Virus record (IMG/VR): IMGVR_UViG_3300035696_002928
Coordinates: 20,565 to 84,564 of that record
DNA from: a virus
Lineage: Duplodnaviria > Caudoviricetes
Reading direction: 5' to 3' (one strand)
Length of the DNA: 64,000 bases
Each line of letters opens with the position of its first letter. Positions within the stretch are counted from its first letter, which is position 1. The translations under genes and the position numbers were made by a program. This document shows positions 45,513-54,923 of this stretch, in pieces. Below the pieces are notes generated by a model. That model had not been told where the DNA came from, ran no database searches, and was given only the letters and a program-made list of their open reading frames with translations.

Positions 45513-46985
45513 TTAGCCCTGGAGGACGACGCAGAGGTTCGTGTCCAGGATGGCGACACCCGCGAGGATGTCCAGGTTGACCACCGTGCCGCCCTGGGCG
45601 ATGCTGTACTGCATCGACACCCTCATGGCGATGTCGTTGTAGACACCGACGTGCGAGAGCACGCCCATCGCGTTGTTCGGAATGGCCAACGGACGGGTGA
45701 CCAGCGCGATGGCGTTCCGGTGGAAGGCCATGTTCAGCGCGCCGGCCGGGCCCGGGAAGCACTTGTCGGCGGCGGTGATGTCCTGCTCCAGCGGCCGGTC
45801 CAGGAAGAGGGCCTGGCACGCGCCGGCGGGATTCGGCGTCCCATCCGCGTCCGCTTGGTAGGACTCGATGATGGTGTACGTGTGCCGCACACCGCCACTG
45901 TGCTGGAAAGCGATCAACTGGCCGACCTGCGGAGGCAGGCCCGCCCCGTAGCCACCCACCGTCACGGCCTCGACCCAGCCCGCGAGCTGGGTGGCCGACA
46001 CGGCGCACGCCTTGTAGACCGTCAAGGCGGCCCCGGCGGAGGTGGCGTACTTGTTCACCTCGTTGAGGGTGACGTGATCCACCGGGGTCCCGGCGGTCGC
46101 GGTCACGTAGGTCGGCTGATCGTTGCCGGCCACGGTGACGAACTCGCCACCCGTCGCCAGCGGCGCGTAGCTGCCGGCGGTGATCGCCTGCGACCCGCTG
46201 CCACCCGCGGCCAGGGCGGCGGTGACGGTGCCCGCAGCGTCCACGTCGCAGTTGGCAACCGAAACGCTGTTGACGTTCTGGTCCATGTAGGTGTCGAACC
46301 CGAGAATCCTTCCCAGGGTGGCGCTTTCCAACGCCGTGCCGAAGTCACCGCGTTGCTGGGCCGCGATGAACAGTTCGTTCTTCAACATCGAGGTCTCGCT
46401 GATCGGAGCCAAGACCAGGTTGCGGCCCTCCAGCGGGGCCTTGTTGACGTTCAGCCGCTCGCGGGCTTCCAGCACGTAGTCCTTGCTGTTCTGCGCCGAG
46501 AGGTTAGCCAGCCGGCCCACGCGACCGGTCGGTCCGCCCAGGAACCCGTGGACCCGGCCCAAGACGGCGCGGTCCACCGAACGGGCAATGGTAATCATGC
46601 CCGGCCGGAGGTAGATGTCCACCAGGTCTTGGAACGACTTGCTGGCCTCGCCGTCCTTGATGGTGAAGCTGGTGTAGAACCACTGGTCCAGCGGCACGCG
46701 GACGTTCGTGGCGTTCGCGTCCTGGTTCTGGAGCGTGGTGCCGTCCTTCTTGCGGCGAATCTGGAAGGTGCCGGGCCGGCGGGTGTTCACCACGTCGCCA
46801 AACTGGCGGATTTCGTTCTCGAAGTCGCGGTGGACCAGGTTGGCGATCACCATGTTCTCCTGGAGGATCGCCAGGCCCTCGGCCGCCCACAGTTCGGGAA
46901 TGAAGCCGTTCGCTCCCGAGCCGGTCACGTCGAAGTTGTTGTCGAAGCACGCCACGGCGGCGCGCGAGAGGTAAAGCGGATTCAT
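45513..46985 (-). CDS. Major capsid protein (P22 coat-like) with insertion domain
   Basis: IPELWA.EGL..L.ENMV.ANLVHRDF...GD.VN.RRP; C-terminal LDILAGVAIL; GGAG RBS favours ATG 46985. Confidence 0.85.
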   Translation of the reverse strand: MNPLYLSRAAVACFDNNFDVTGSGANGFIPELWAAEGLAILQENMVIANLVHRDFENEIRQFGDVVNTRRPGTFQIRRKKDGTTLQNQDANATNVRVPLDQWFYTSFTIKDGEASKSFQDLVDIYLRPGMITIARSVDRAVLGRVHGFLGGPTGRVGRLANLSAQNSKDYVLEARERLNVNKAPLEGRNLVLAPISETSMLKNELFIAAQQRGDFGTALESATLGRILGFDTYMDQNVNSVSVANCDVDAAGTVTAALAAGGSGSQAITAGSYAPLATGGEFVTVAGNDQPTYVTATAGTPVDHVTLNEVNKYATSAGAALTVYKACAVSATQLAGWVEAVTVGGYGAGLPPQVGQLIAFQHSGGVRHTYTIIESYQADADGTPNPAGACQALFLDRPLEQDITAADKCFPGPAGALNMAFHRNAIALVTRPLAIPNNAMGVLSHVGVYNDIAMRVSMQYSIAQGGTVVNLDILAGVAILDTNLCVVLQG

Positions 46986-47074
46986 CGTTGCCACTCCACG
47001 TAGTTGTCAGGATCAAGAAACAGAAGAAGCCGCAACGTGCGGCTTCTTACGACGAACCCCTGATGATCGACCGG

Positions 47075-47992
47075 CTAGCGGTTGGACTGGCCCTTCTGGG
47101 GGCGCAACCCGAGCAGAGCAGGGTTCTCTGCGCGAATCTTCAGGTATTGCTCTTGGGTGAGCTTCCTGGGGTCCACTTTGCCGCCAGCACCCGACGCAAG
47201 GCCGCCGGTTGCCGCACTCGACCCGATGCCGCTGACGACGCCGGACTTGAAGAGGTTGCCGTAGACCTGCGGCAAGTCTTTCATCCGCTTCACAGCGCTT
47301 TCGGGCGTGTGCAAGGTCACAGTCGGTTCCCCGGTGTTGGGATCGGTGTCCGGGAAGTCCACCATGACCTTGAATTTCCCCGTGCCCTTGCCCGTCTTCT
47401 CGTCCGTGATCTCGGTCAGGCGGGTCATGGGGCGCAACACGGACATCACCGTGTTGGTGTTGAACGCATCGCCGCCGACGGCCGCATCCATCAAGGCCCG
47501 CTCCACGGTGCCCTCGCGGTAGCGATTCTCCCACTGTTCGCGGGCCTTCCTCTCGTCCGCCAACTGTTTCTGGTACTGCTCTTCGAGTTGCTTCTTGTCG
47601 TGAGCCAACTGCTGTTCCTTCGTCCGCGTCTCCTTCCGCAGGTCCTCCAACTGCTGGGCCAACTGCTCGCGCTCTTGGATGGTCAGGTTCTTGGACGCTG
47701 CCGTTTCCTCAAGCATCTTCTCGACCCGCTGAATCTGCGCCTGATGCTTGCGGCGGTCGTCGGCGAGCATCCGGTTGACATCCTCCTGGCTGAAGCGGCC
47801 ATCGCCCACGCCAACCCCGGTCCCGGCACCCGCCCCCGCACCTGCGCCGGCACCTGCGCTGGCACCTACGCTTGCGCTCGCACCAGCCCCGGCCCCGGCA
47901 CCCGCGCCGGCATCGCCGGCACCTGCCCCCGCACCCGCACCCTCGCCCTCGAAACAAGCCAACACCGCACGCGACAGATAGAGAGACTTCAT
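47075..47992 (-). CDS. Capsid scaffolding protein
   Basis: (GA)n linker, FSQEDVN motif, long coiled coil, directly upstream of the capsid gene. Confidence 0.8.
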   Translation of the reverse strand: MKSLYLSRAVLACFEGEGAGAGAGAGDAGAGAGAGAGASASVGASAGAGAGAGAGAGTGVGVGDGRFSQEDVNRMLADDRRKHQAQIQRVEKMLEETAASKNLTIQEREQLAQQLEDLRKETRTKEQQLAHDKKQLEEQYQKQLADERKAREQWENRYREGTVERALMDAAVGGDAFNTNTVMSVLRPMTRLTEITDEKTGKGTGKFKVMVDFPDTDPNTGEPTVTLHTPESAVKRMKDLPQVYGNLFKSGVVSGIGSSAATGGLASGAGGKVDPRKLTQEQYLKIRAENPALLGLRPQKGQSNR

Positions 47993-48123
47993 CACTTGTT
48001 CTCGCTCCCACGACTGAAAACAGAGACGCGCAGCTACGTCGTGGTCCGCAGGGCGTCATGGATACCACGGCCTTAAAATGGGCCGCCGTGTTGGCCCAGC
48101 AATGGAACCCGGCGAACACCGGG

Positions 48124-48693
48124 TCACGAAACTCGTGACAACCTGACCGCCTGCTCGTCGCGTAGGAAGGGCTTCAAGAGCGACCATGCCAGCGGGTTCG
48201 GCACGAGGTTGATAAGATGCTCAATCGGCACCATGTTCCGCTCGTAGTGCGTCCGCACTTCGGCGTGACCTTGGGCCGTGACCGCCAGGTTCTCCAATTC
48301 CAACTGCGGGTCCACGCCGTCCAGGAGGCTCAGTGCCAACTCGTACTGGGCGATGCGGATGGGCTCCGGGACCACCGTGTCCGCGCCGCGCGGAAACTCC
48401 AACGCCTGGCTCGATTCCGCGGCGCGCTCCTGCTGGCGGTACTGCTCCGCCGCCTTGTGGTCGAAGGTGCCGTTCGTCGGGTCCCGCCAGGGCGGCGGCA
48501 CCGTCTCATGGAACACCCAGACCGTGTGCTTGAAGCCCTTGAAGCTGAGATTGTCGATCAGCCGCCGGGCCGCCAAAAGCGCCTTGGACTGGTCCGCGGC
48601 GTTGGCATCATCCCACGGCTCCGAGTGCAGGCGAGAGTCGAAGTAATCGTCCGCCTCGGCCACCGAGCCATAGATGGATGTGTCAATCGCCAT
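48124..48693 (-). CDS. Head-tail adaptor (DnaT-like family)
   Basis: YGSVAEADDYF...KALLAARRLID...QALEFPR...IAQYELAL; AGGAGG RBS. Confidence 0.75.
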   Translation of the reverse strand: MAIDTSIYGSVAEADDYFDSRLHSEPWDDANAADQSKALLAARRLIDNLSFKGFKHTVWVFHETVPPPWRDPTNGTFDHKAAEQYRQQERAAESSQALEFPRGADTVVPEPIRIAQYELALSLLDGVDPQLELENLAVTAQGHAEVRTHYERNMVPIEHLINLVPNPLAWSLLKPFLRDEQAVRLSRVS

Positions 48694-48704
48694 CGGACCA
48701 CCTC

Positions 48705-49850
48705 CTACATAGGCGCGAGCCAGTCGAGTTCTTTTCGTCCACGTTCGGTGTACCAGCCTCGTCCCCATAGGTCGGACAACATCTGGAAATACTCTTGGTA
48801 GCGCCAGCGGATTCGGTCCATGCCGTAGTTGGCGACCGCCCGCCGGTGGATGTACTTGCGATCCAGCGTCGGGGCGTTGCGGGCCGCGAACAGGAAGTGG
48901 TCCAGCGTGCGGCAGCGGAAGCCGGTCTTGCCGTGCTCCACCGTCTCCGGGAACGCGCCCCAGTCGGTCGTGATGACCGGCGTGCCCGCCATCTGCGATT
49001 CCACCGCCACGGTGCCGAAGGGCTCGACATACAGCGTTGGGACAAAGGTGGCGATAGCCTGTCCGTAGAGTTGAGCCCGCTTGGCACCCGTGACCGCACC
49101 CACGTATTCGAGGTTGTCGCCTTCGTACACCTCGCCGTCTGTGGCGTAAATCCGGTTGCCCTCGACCTTGAGGCAGCCTTGCCCGGCGATCTTCAGCTTG
49201 ACGCCCAGCCGGTTGCAGGTTTCGACCGCGATCTTGATGCCCTTCCGCTGAATCAGCCGGCCGATATACAGGTAGTAGTCGCCCGGCTCCTTGGAATACG
49301 TGTAGTCGGCAGGGTCCAGGTAATTCGGGATCACCACGTCGTAGAACCTGCCATCGGGGTCGTAGCCGCCCTGTGCGCCCCAGACCTTGTGCATGTGGGC
49401 ATAGGACTCGAACACCCGGTAACGGGCGAACGTCCCGTTGTAGCCGATGCCGTACTCCACCACCAGCACGTCGTCGCCGACCGCCTTCACCAGGGGCAGG
49501 TTCATCGTGCCCATGATGATGCACACGAAGTCGCCCGGCTGCTTCCGCTTGTTGATCTCGGCCGCCGCCCGCTCGTTCAAGAGACCCCAGTACGGGGCCT
49601 GCCCGGTCCAATCGACATCGTAAAGGGCGTTGGGATCGAACGTGCCGAACCAGCCTTCCTGCTCGGCCGCCGACAGGACGATCACGTCCTCGGTGCATTC
49701 CACCCGGCTCCCTTCTGCCCCATAATGGAAGACCTCGTGGCCGAGGCTCGTCATCATTTGGCAGAAGTGGAGCACCTTCGTCGTGAACGCGCACGCAGTA
49801 TGCTTGGAATGGGTCTGCGTATGCGGCAAAGCCACAACATGGAATCTCAT
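48705..49850 (-). CDS. GT4 (GT-B) glycosyltransferase
   Basis: YIGRLIQRKG, EPFGTVAVESQMAGTPVI (EX7E), GFR. Confidence 0.88.
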   Translation of the reverse strand: MRFHVVALPHTQTHSKHTACAFTTKVLHFCQMMTSLGHEVFHYGAEGSRVECTEDVIVLSAAEQEGWFGTFDPNALYDVDWTGQAPYWGLLNERAAAEINKRKQPGDFVCIIMGTMNLPLVKAVGDDVLVVEYGIGYNGTFARYRVFESYAHMHKVWGAQGGYDPDGRFYDVVIPNYLDPADYTYSKEPGDYYLYIGRLIQRKGIKIAVETCNRLGVKLKIAGQGCLKVEGNRIYATDGEVYEGDNLEYVGAVTGAKRAQLYGQAIATFVPTLYVEPFGTVAVESQMAGTPVITTDWGAFPETVEHGKTGFRCRTLDHFLFAARNAPTLDRKYIHRRAVANYGMDRIRWRYQEYFQMLSDLWGRGWYTERGRKELDWLAPM

Positions 49851-49912
49851 GCGGGTCTCTCTCGCGTTGACGTAACTGGGTTGAGGGTTGAAGTCGCGTC
49901 TCTCCCCGCGAC

Positions 49913-52126
49913 TTAGTATTCGGACGAAGCGTAATTGGAGATCAGAGCGTTGGCGTTGCCCACCGTGTTCAGCGCCGGGTTGTAGTTGGTCGTGTTGGAT
50001 TGGGTGTTCACGGACGTAACCCGGCACAGGCCGCCCACGTAAGCACTCGCACCGTATCCCGCGCCGCTCCCGACCAGGCTGCCGCCGGTGATGTCGATGA
50101 AGCCCAAGTTCCGCGCCAGGATGCCCGTGTAGGCACCGCCGATGGCGACAAACGGTGCATTGATGCACGTACTGCCGCCCGACGCATAGAGCCCGGCCCC
50201 CGACCCCATGCCGCCGCAACCGCTGATCCCCAGCCATTGATCGGTCGTCACGAAGCCGTTGAACAGCTTCACGCCGTAGTCATAGTTGTTGATGCCGAGG
50301 GACTCCAGCAAAATCGACGGGTTGCCTCCGGCCCAGTCGCTTCCCGTTCCGACCAGGACGGCACTCGTCCCGTCATTTCTTACGCCGATCAGCGCCATCT
50401 GCCCCAGCGTGACATCGGCCCCAAGATGGAACCCGTCGCCGCTGAAGGTGAGGACACTCTTGAGCACGCGGATGTAGCCAGTGACCGCGCCGCTCGGCAC
50501 GTCGCTGGAAAAACTCCAGACCTGCAAACTGATGCGGCTGTTCACTGCGTCAACATTCGTGACCTGGTGGCAGCCGCACAGCATCAGTGGCTTCGTGCCA
50601 CCGCTCGGTATGCGGATCACCACGTAGTCGTTGACTGCCACATGGCTCACGTCGCTGACATTGAGGACGACTGTGTAGCCGCCTCCGATAGCGCTCGTGC
50701 TCTGCACCGACGACATGGTGATGTCGTAGGTGTTGACGCCGAGAATCTGAACTCGTGCCCCGCACGGATGCCAGTAGTCGATCTCGCCCACCGACGTATA
50801 ATGTCCGTCCTGAACATAGAGCGTGGCGGTGTAGGCCGGCGGGATGTACAAGGGACCGATGACCGACAAGAACTTGCCGACCGTCTTCCACGGATTCCCG
50901 CTGCTGCCGTCCCCGGTCGAATCGTCCCCGGACGGCCCGATGTAGTAGGTGGTGTCGCCGCTGATGGCCGATCCCGCAGGGCCGGTTGCCCCAGTTGGTC
51001 CGGCAGGCCCCGTGGCTCCTGTTGGCCCGGCCGGTCCTGTCGCGCCCGCGGGACCTGTCGCCCCGGTTGCGCCGCCGGACGGACCCGATGGACCCGTCGC
51101 CCCCGTTGCACCGACAAGGAAAGCTGTCAGGCCGCCCCAGCGCGTGCTCTGCGGTCCTGTGGCCCCAGTCGGGCCTGTCGTTCCAGTCGCCCCTGTAGGA
51201 CCTGCCGGGCCAGTCGCCCCGTCGCTTCCTGTGGGGCCAGTGGGACCAGTCGATCCCGTCGCGCCAGCAGGGCCCGTTGGCCCGCCGGACGGCCCCGTTG
51301 CGCCGACAGGACCAGTCGGGCCGGTGGGACCCGTCACCCCGTCACCTCCAATGATTCCATTGATCCCTTGGGGACCACTCGGCCCCGTGGAACCAGTCGG
51401 TCCGGTCGGCCCAGTAGGTCCGGTCGGCCCACCAGATGGTCCAGTGGCTCCGGTCTCGCCTTGCGGACCAGTTGCGCCCGTGGCACCAACATCTCCTTGA
51501 GGGCCTGTCGGCCCCGTGGCCCCGGTTGGTCCCGTGGCTCCATTCGGCCCAGTGCTCCCCGTCAGCCCGGTGGGACCAGTCACACCGGCAGGCCCCGTGG
51601 CTCCAACCAAAAATGCCGTGAGGCCACCCCAGCGCGTGCTCTGCGGTCCGGTCGCGCCCGTCGGCCCCGTCGCACCAGTGGGGCCGGTAGCTCCGGTGGG
51701 ACCTGCGAGACCAGTCGGCCCCGCGGGACCAGTCGCACCGGTCGGTCCGTCCGAGGGACCGGTCGGTCCGGTCGCCCCTGTCGGCCCGCTAGGTCCCGTT
51801 GGCCCCGTGGCTCCTATGTTGCCAGTCGGCCCAGTTGCCCCGGTCGCTCCCGCACCACTGGGACCAGTCGCGCCAGTCGGCCCCGTGGCTCCGGTCGCGC
51901 CAACGCCCCCCATTCCGCCTGTCGGCCCGCTGGGGCCAGTCGGTCCCGTGGGACCGGCCTGCGTGCTCCACGACAAATTGCCGTCGCCGTCCGTGGACAG
52001 GACTTGGTTCGGGGTGCCATCAGCCACCGGAAACGTGAACGGCGAGATCACCAATTGATCGCCGACATCAAATTGGCGGACTTGTCCGCCGTCTACGATC
52101 AATGGTTTGTGTTCTGCCACGATCAC
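49913..52126 (-). CDS. Collagen-like fibre with C-terminal beta-helix-like domain
   Basis: Long G-P-T/G-A-T triplet tracts; [20 protein letters not shown] head domain. Confidence 0.8.
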   Translation of the reverse strand: MIVAEHKPLIVDGGQVRQFDVGDQLVISPFTFPVADGTPNQVLSTDGDGNLSWSTQAGPTGPTGPSGPTGGMGGVGATGATGPTGATGPSGAGATGATGPTGNIGATGPTGPSGPTGATGPTGPSDGPTGATGPAGPTGLAGPTGATGPTGATGPTGATGPQSTRWGGLTAFLVGATGPAGVTGPTGLTGSTGPNGATGPTGATGPTGPQGDVGATGATGPQGETGATGPSGGPTGPTGPTGPTGSTGPSGPQGINGIIGGDGVTGPTGPTGPVGATGPSGGPTGPAGATGSTGPTGPTGSDGATGPAGPTGATGTTGPTGATGPQSTRWGGLTAFLVGATGATGPSGPSGGATGATGPAGATGPAGPTGATGPAGPTGATGPAGSAISGDTTYYIGPSGDDSTGDGSSGNPWKTVGKFLSVIGPLYIPPAYTATLYVQDGHYTSVGEIDYWHPCGARVQILGVNTYDITMSSVQSTSAIGGGYTVVLNVSDVSHVAVNDYVVIRIPSGGTKPLMLCGCHQVTNVDAVNSRISLQVWSFSSDVPSGAVTGYIRVLKSVLTFSGDGFHLGADVTLGQMALIGVRNDGTSAVLVGTGSDWAGGNPSILLESLGINNYDYGVKLFNGFVTTDQWLGISGCGGMGSGAGLYASGGSTCINAPFVAIGGAYTGILARNLGFIDITGGSLVGSGAGYGASAYVGGLCRVTSVNTQSNTTNYNPALNTVGNANALISNYASSEY

Positions 52127-52142
52127 GCTCCCGATTCATTGC

Positions 52143-52709
52143 CTACAGCTTGATGGGAGCCATAAGCGTCAAGTCCAGCTTCGTCGCACTCAGCGCCTTC
52201 CCAACACGCACAACGAACTGACCGGCCGTGGACGGAGCCGTCGCCGTGAGCAGGCCCGCCGTGGCGGCACTCAAGAAGTAAACCGCCCCCGGCGTCAGGC
52301 CGCCTGTCGTCCCGGCCACGGCGTCCCACTGGTCGGTCGTGGCCGTCAAGACGCCATCCAGCAGGACATTTCCCGAAGCGGCTGCCGCGATGGAGGCGTC
52401 CTTCACCAGCCCCAGGACATCCGCGGTGGCTTGGGCGTCCGCCTTGGCGAGATCGACGTTGCCATTCGCCTTCATGTAGACCGGCGCACCGATCACGATA
52501 GGCGCGGCGTTGTCGTTACTCAGCGGAGTGGCCGCAACGTCGGGATCGACCCATTCGAGCACGGTGCCCGTAGCTGGAACCGCCAAGACCTGTGACGGTG
52601 CGCCCATGCTGGCCGGCACTTGAAACGCGCCGGCATCGAGCCCGTCGCCGGACTGGACTTGTTCGAGTTGTCCGTTTTCCAGGACGATTGGTTTACGATA
52701 CGCTGTCAT
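52143..52709 (-). CDS. Capsid decoration / cement-like protein
   Basis: IGAPVY...GLV...G.L...GAVYFLS module, also present in the next gene. Confidence 0.55.
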   Translation of the reverse strand: MTAYRKPIVLENGQLEQVQSGDGLDAGAFQVPASMGAPSQVLAVPATGTVLEWVDPDVAATPLSNDNAAPIVIGAPVYMKANGNVDLAKADAQATADVLGLVKDASIAAAASGNVLLDGVLTATTDQWDAVAGTTGGLTPGAVYFLSAATAGLLTATAPSTAGQFVVRVGKALSATKLDLTLMAPIKL

Positions 52710-52720
52710 GTGAGTGCTCC

Positions 52721-53446
52721 TTAAAGCCGAACCCTTGTTTTGATGTCAACGTCCAGAATCCCCGCAGTCACGGCAATCCCGACCTGCACAATGAAACCAG
52801 TTGCAGGCGGCGTCACGGTTATCTGTCCCGCGGCACCGCTCAGGTAGTACACGGCACCCGGACTCAAGGCGGCGTTGCCCGAAGGGACAGACCAGTCCGC
52901 CAATTCCAAACGCCCAGCAGGAACGATGCTGGACGTGTCCCCGGCTGCAACGTCGCCACGACAAAAACCACACGTCTGACTCGATGCCTCGGATGCAGCA
53001 CTCGCTCGGTAAGCCTGCGTATCCTGTTGATTCACGCAGACCGGTTGACCCGCTTGAAGCGATTCGCCAGCCGTTGTCTCAATGTCGGCTGACGGACCGC
53101 TCGGGCCGGTCGCCCCCACGGGACCAGTCGGTCCGGTCGGTCCACCAGGCGGGCCGATAGGACCGCTCGGTCCACTCGGCCCGGTGGCTCCAGTTGCTCC
53201 CACCCGGCCTAACGGTCCCCGCGGGCCTGTCACGCCAATAGGCCCGGTCGCACCCGTGTCCCCTTGCGGCCCACTCGCGCCGACAGGCCCGCTGGGGCCT
53301 GTCGGACCTGTTTCACCTGTTTCACCCTTCAGCCCCATCACACCGGCAGGTCCGCTTGGACCTGTCGGACCGCCGGCCGGGCCTGTTGCACCAGGCGGAC
53401 CCGCAAGTGGTGATTGTTCGTAGTCAAACTGCATGACTATGCCCAA
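52721..53446 (-). CDS. Collagen-like protein with C-terminal cement-like domain
   Basis: GXY tract followed by AGQPV...PGAVYYLS domain. Confidence 0.75.
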   Translation of the reverse strand: MGIVMQFDYEQSPLAGPPGATGPAGGPTGPSGPAGVMGLKGETGETGPTGPSGPVGASGPQGDTGATGPIGVTGPRGPLGRVGATGATGPSGPSGPIGPPGGPTGPTGPVGATGPSGPSADIETTAGESLQAGQPVCVNQQDTQAYRASAASEASSQTCGFCRGDVAAGDTSSIVPAGRLELADWSVPSGNAALSPGAVYYLSGAAGQITVTPPATGFIVQVGIAVTAGILDVDIKTRVRL

Positions 53447-53451
53447 TCACG

Positions 53452-54582
53452 TTAGGGTGTGAATGTGTGCCAACTCAGGTTCCCACCCGAGTCCGATGCC
53501 AGATACCAGCAGAGATTGTTGCCAGTTGGCGCAGGCGGCAGTCCCGCACTGGGACCTGTCGCACCTGTGGCACCGCGCGGGCCAGAGGCTCCCTGTGAGC
53601 CCGTCGCGCCACGGGGACCAGTGGGACCCGTCGCCCCGACCGGGCCCACCTCACCCGTGTCTCCCACGTCACCCTGCGGACCCGTCGCACCGCTAGAGCC
53701 TGCGGCACCGACGAGACCAGTGGCCCCGGTGGCTCCAGTCGCGCCCACGCCACCTTGCGGGCCTGTGGCACCGGCGGGGCCTGTAGCCCCAGCAGGGCCC
53801 GTTGCACCCACGACACCTGCGGTGCCCTCTGGACCAGTAGCACCGGCGGGACCCGTCGCTCCCGCGAGCCCTGCCGCACCATTGGCACCAACAGGACCGC
53901 TTGGCCCGGTCGCACCAGTACGGCCCAATGAACCTTGTGGGCCTGTCGCCCCAGCAGGTCCAGCAGGACCTGTGGCCCCCGTGGGACCAGGTGCTCCGGT
54001 CGGTCCAGTCGGTCCGCCGGACGGTCCGGTCGGGCCAACATCGCCGGTGTCGCCCTTCGGCCCGGTCGCCCCAAAAGGGCCCGTGGCTCCGGCAGGCCCG
54101 GTTGCTCCGATGTCACCCTGGGGCCCGGTCGCTCCCACAGGACCCGTAGCCCCGTCAGGTCCGGTGTCGCCGATGGGACCTGTGGGACCAGTTGGTCCAT
54201 CCGCCCCGTCAGGCCCGGTCTCGCCGAGCGGCCCGGCGGGTCCGGTAGCTCCCAGATCTCCTTGCGGTCCCGTAGCTCCCGCCACACCTGCCGGTCCAGT
54301 GGCTCCAGGCACGCCTTGTGGCCCGCTTGGACCAGTGGCCCCAGCAGGCCCGGTGGCTCCAACGCCTTGCGGCCCCGTCGCCCCGGTCGCTCCGATCACG
54401 CCTTGCGGCCCTGTTGCCCCGGTGACTCCGATCTCGCCCTGCGGCCCGGTCGGTCCCGTGGAGCCGCGGTTGCCTTGCGGCCCTTCCGGTCCGGTTGCCC
54501 CGACAGGACCCGTGGGCCCGCCAGTTGGCCCAGTCGCCCCGACAGGGCCAGTGGCCCCGGTAGGTGTGCTGTAAGTAAACAT
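53452..54582 (-). CDS. Collagen-like protein (almost entirely GXY)
   Basis: Near-continuous GATGPxG repeats. Confidence 0.8.
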   Translation of the reverse strand: MFTYSTPTGATGPVGATGPTGGPTGPVGATGPEGPQGNRGSTGPTGPQGEIGVTGATGPQGVIGATGATGPQGVGATGPAGATGPSGPQGVPGATGPAGVAGATGPQGDLGATGPAGPLGETGPDGADGPTGPTGPIGDTGPDGATGPVGATGPQGDIGATGPAGATGPFGATGPKGDTGDVGPTGPSGGPTGPTGAPGPTGATGPAGPAGATGPQGSLGRTGATGPSGPVGANGAAGLAGATGPAGATGPEGTAGVVGATGPAGATGPAGATGPQGGVGATGATGATGLVGAAGSSGATGPQGDVGDTGEVGPVGATGPTGPRGATGSQGASGPRGATGATGPSAGLPPAPTGNNLCWYLASDSGGNLSWHTFTP

Positions 54583-54586
54583 GGCT

Positions 54587-54910
54587 TCAGACCCCCATCC
54601 ACGCCAGGTCTTGACCGGGGCTCAACGACACCGCGTAAACCTGCGACGGGTCTTCCACCGGCAATTCGATCGCGCTGCCCGGCAGAATCGGCATCCCGCC
54701 CGTGCCCGCGTTCGAGTCCGCCGTCACGCACTTGCAGCCGACGTACACGACATCGGTGTTCGGCGTGAGATCATCCGGTCCCGGTGCGCGCAGGAGAATG
54801 CCGCGAACGAACTTCATGGACAAAGTGGTCAACGGCGCTGGCGACGTGCCCACCACCGCATGTCCGTGCCTCAACTCGCTGGACGGCGAAGTTTCTTTGA
54901 CTTCCCACAT
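54587..54910 (-). CDS. Small beta-rich virion-associated protein
   Basis: NTDVVYVG...G.PI.PG.AIEL pattern; GAGGAG RBS. Confidence 0.55.
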   Translation of the reverse strand: MWEVKETSPSSELRHGHAVVGTSPAPLTTLSMKFVRGILLRAPGPDDLTPNTDVVYVGCKCVTADSNAGTGGMPILPGSAIELPVEDPSQVYAVSLSPGQDLAWMGV

Positions 54911-54923
54911 CGTTGCGGCTCCT

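Noticed and set aside
53459-54574. Plus-strand GPVAP collagen-like ORF (also 50000-52153 and 50949-52058)
   Set aside because: Reverse complement of GGN-CCN-ACN codons automatically gives GP-rich repeats; no RBS or operon context
49913-54582. Repeats as a possible CRISPR array
   Set aside because: 9 bp-period coding repeats with synonymous variation; no constant repeat-spacer structure and no cas genes
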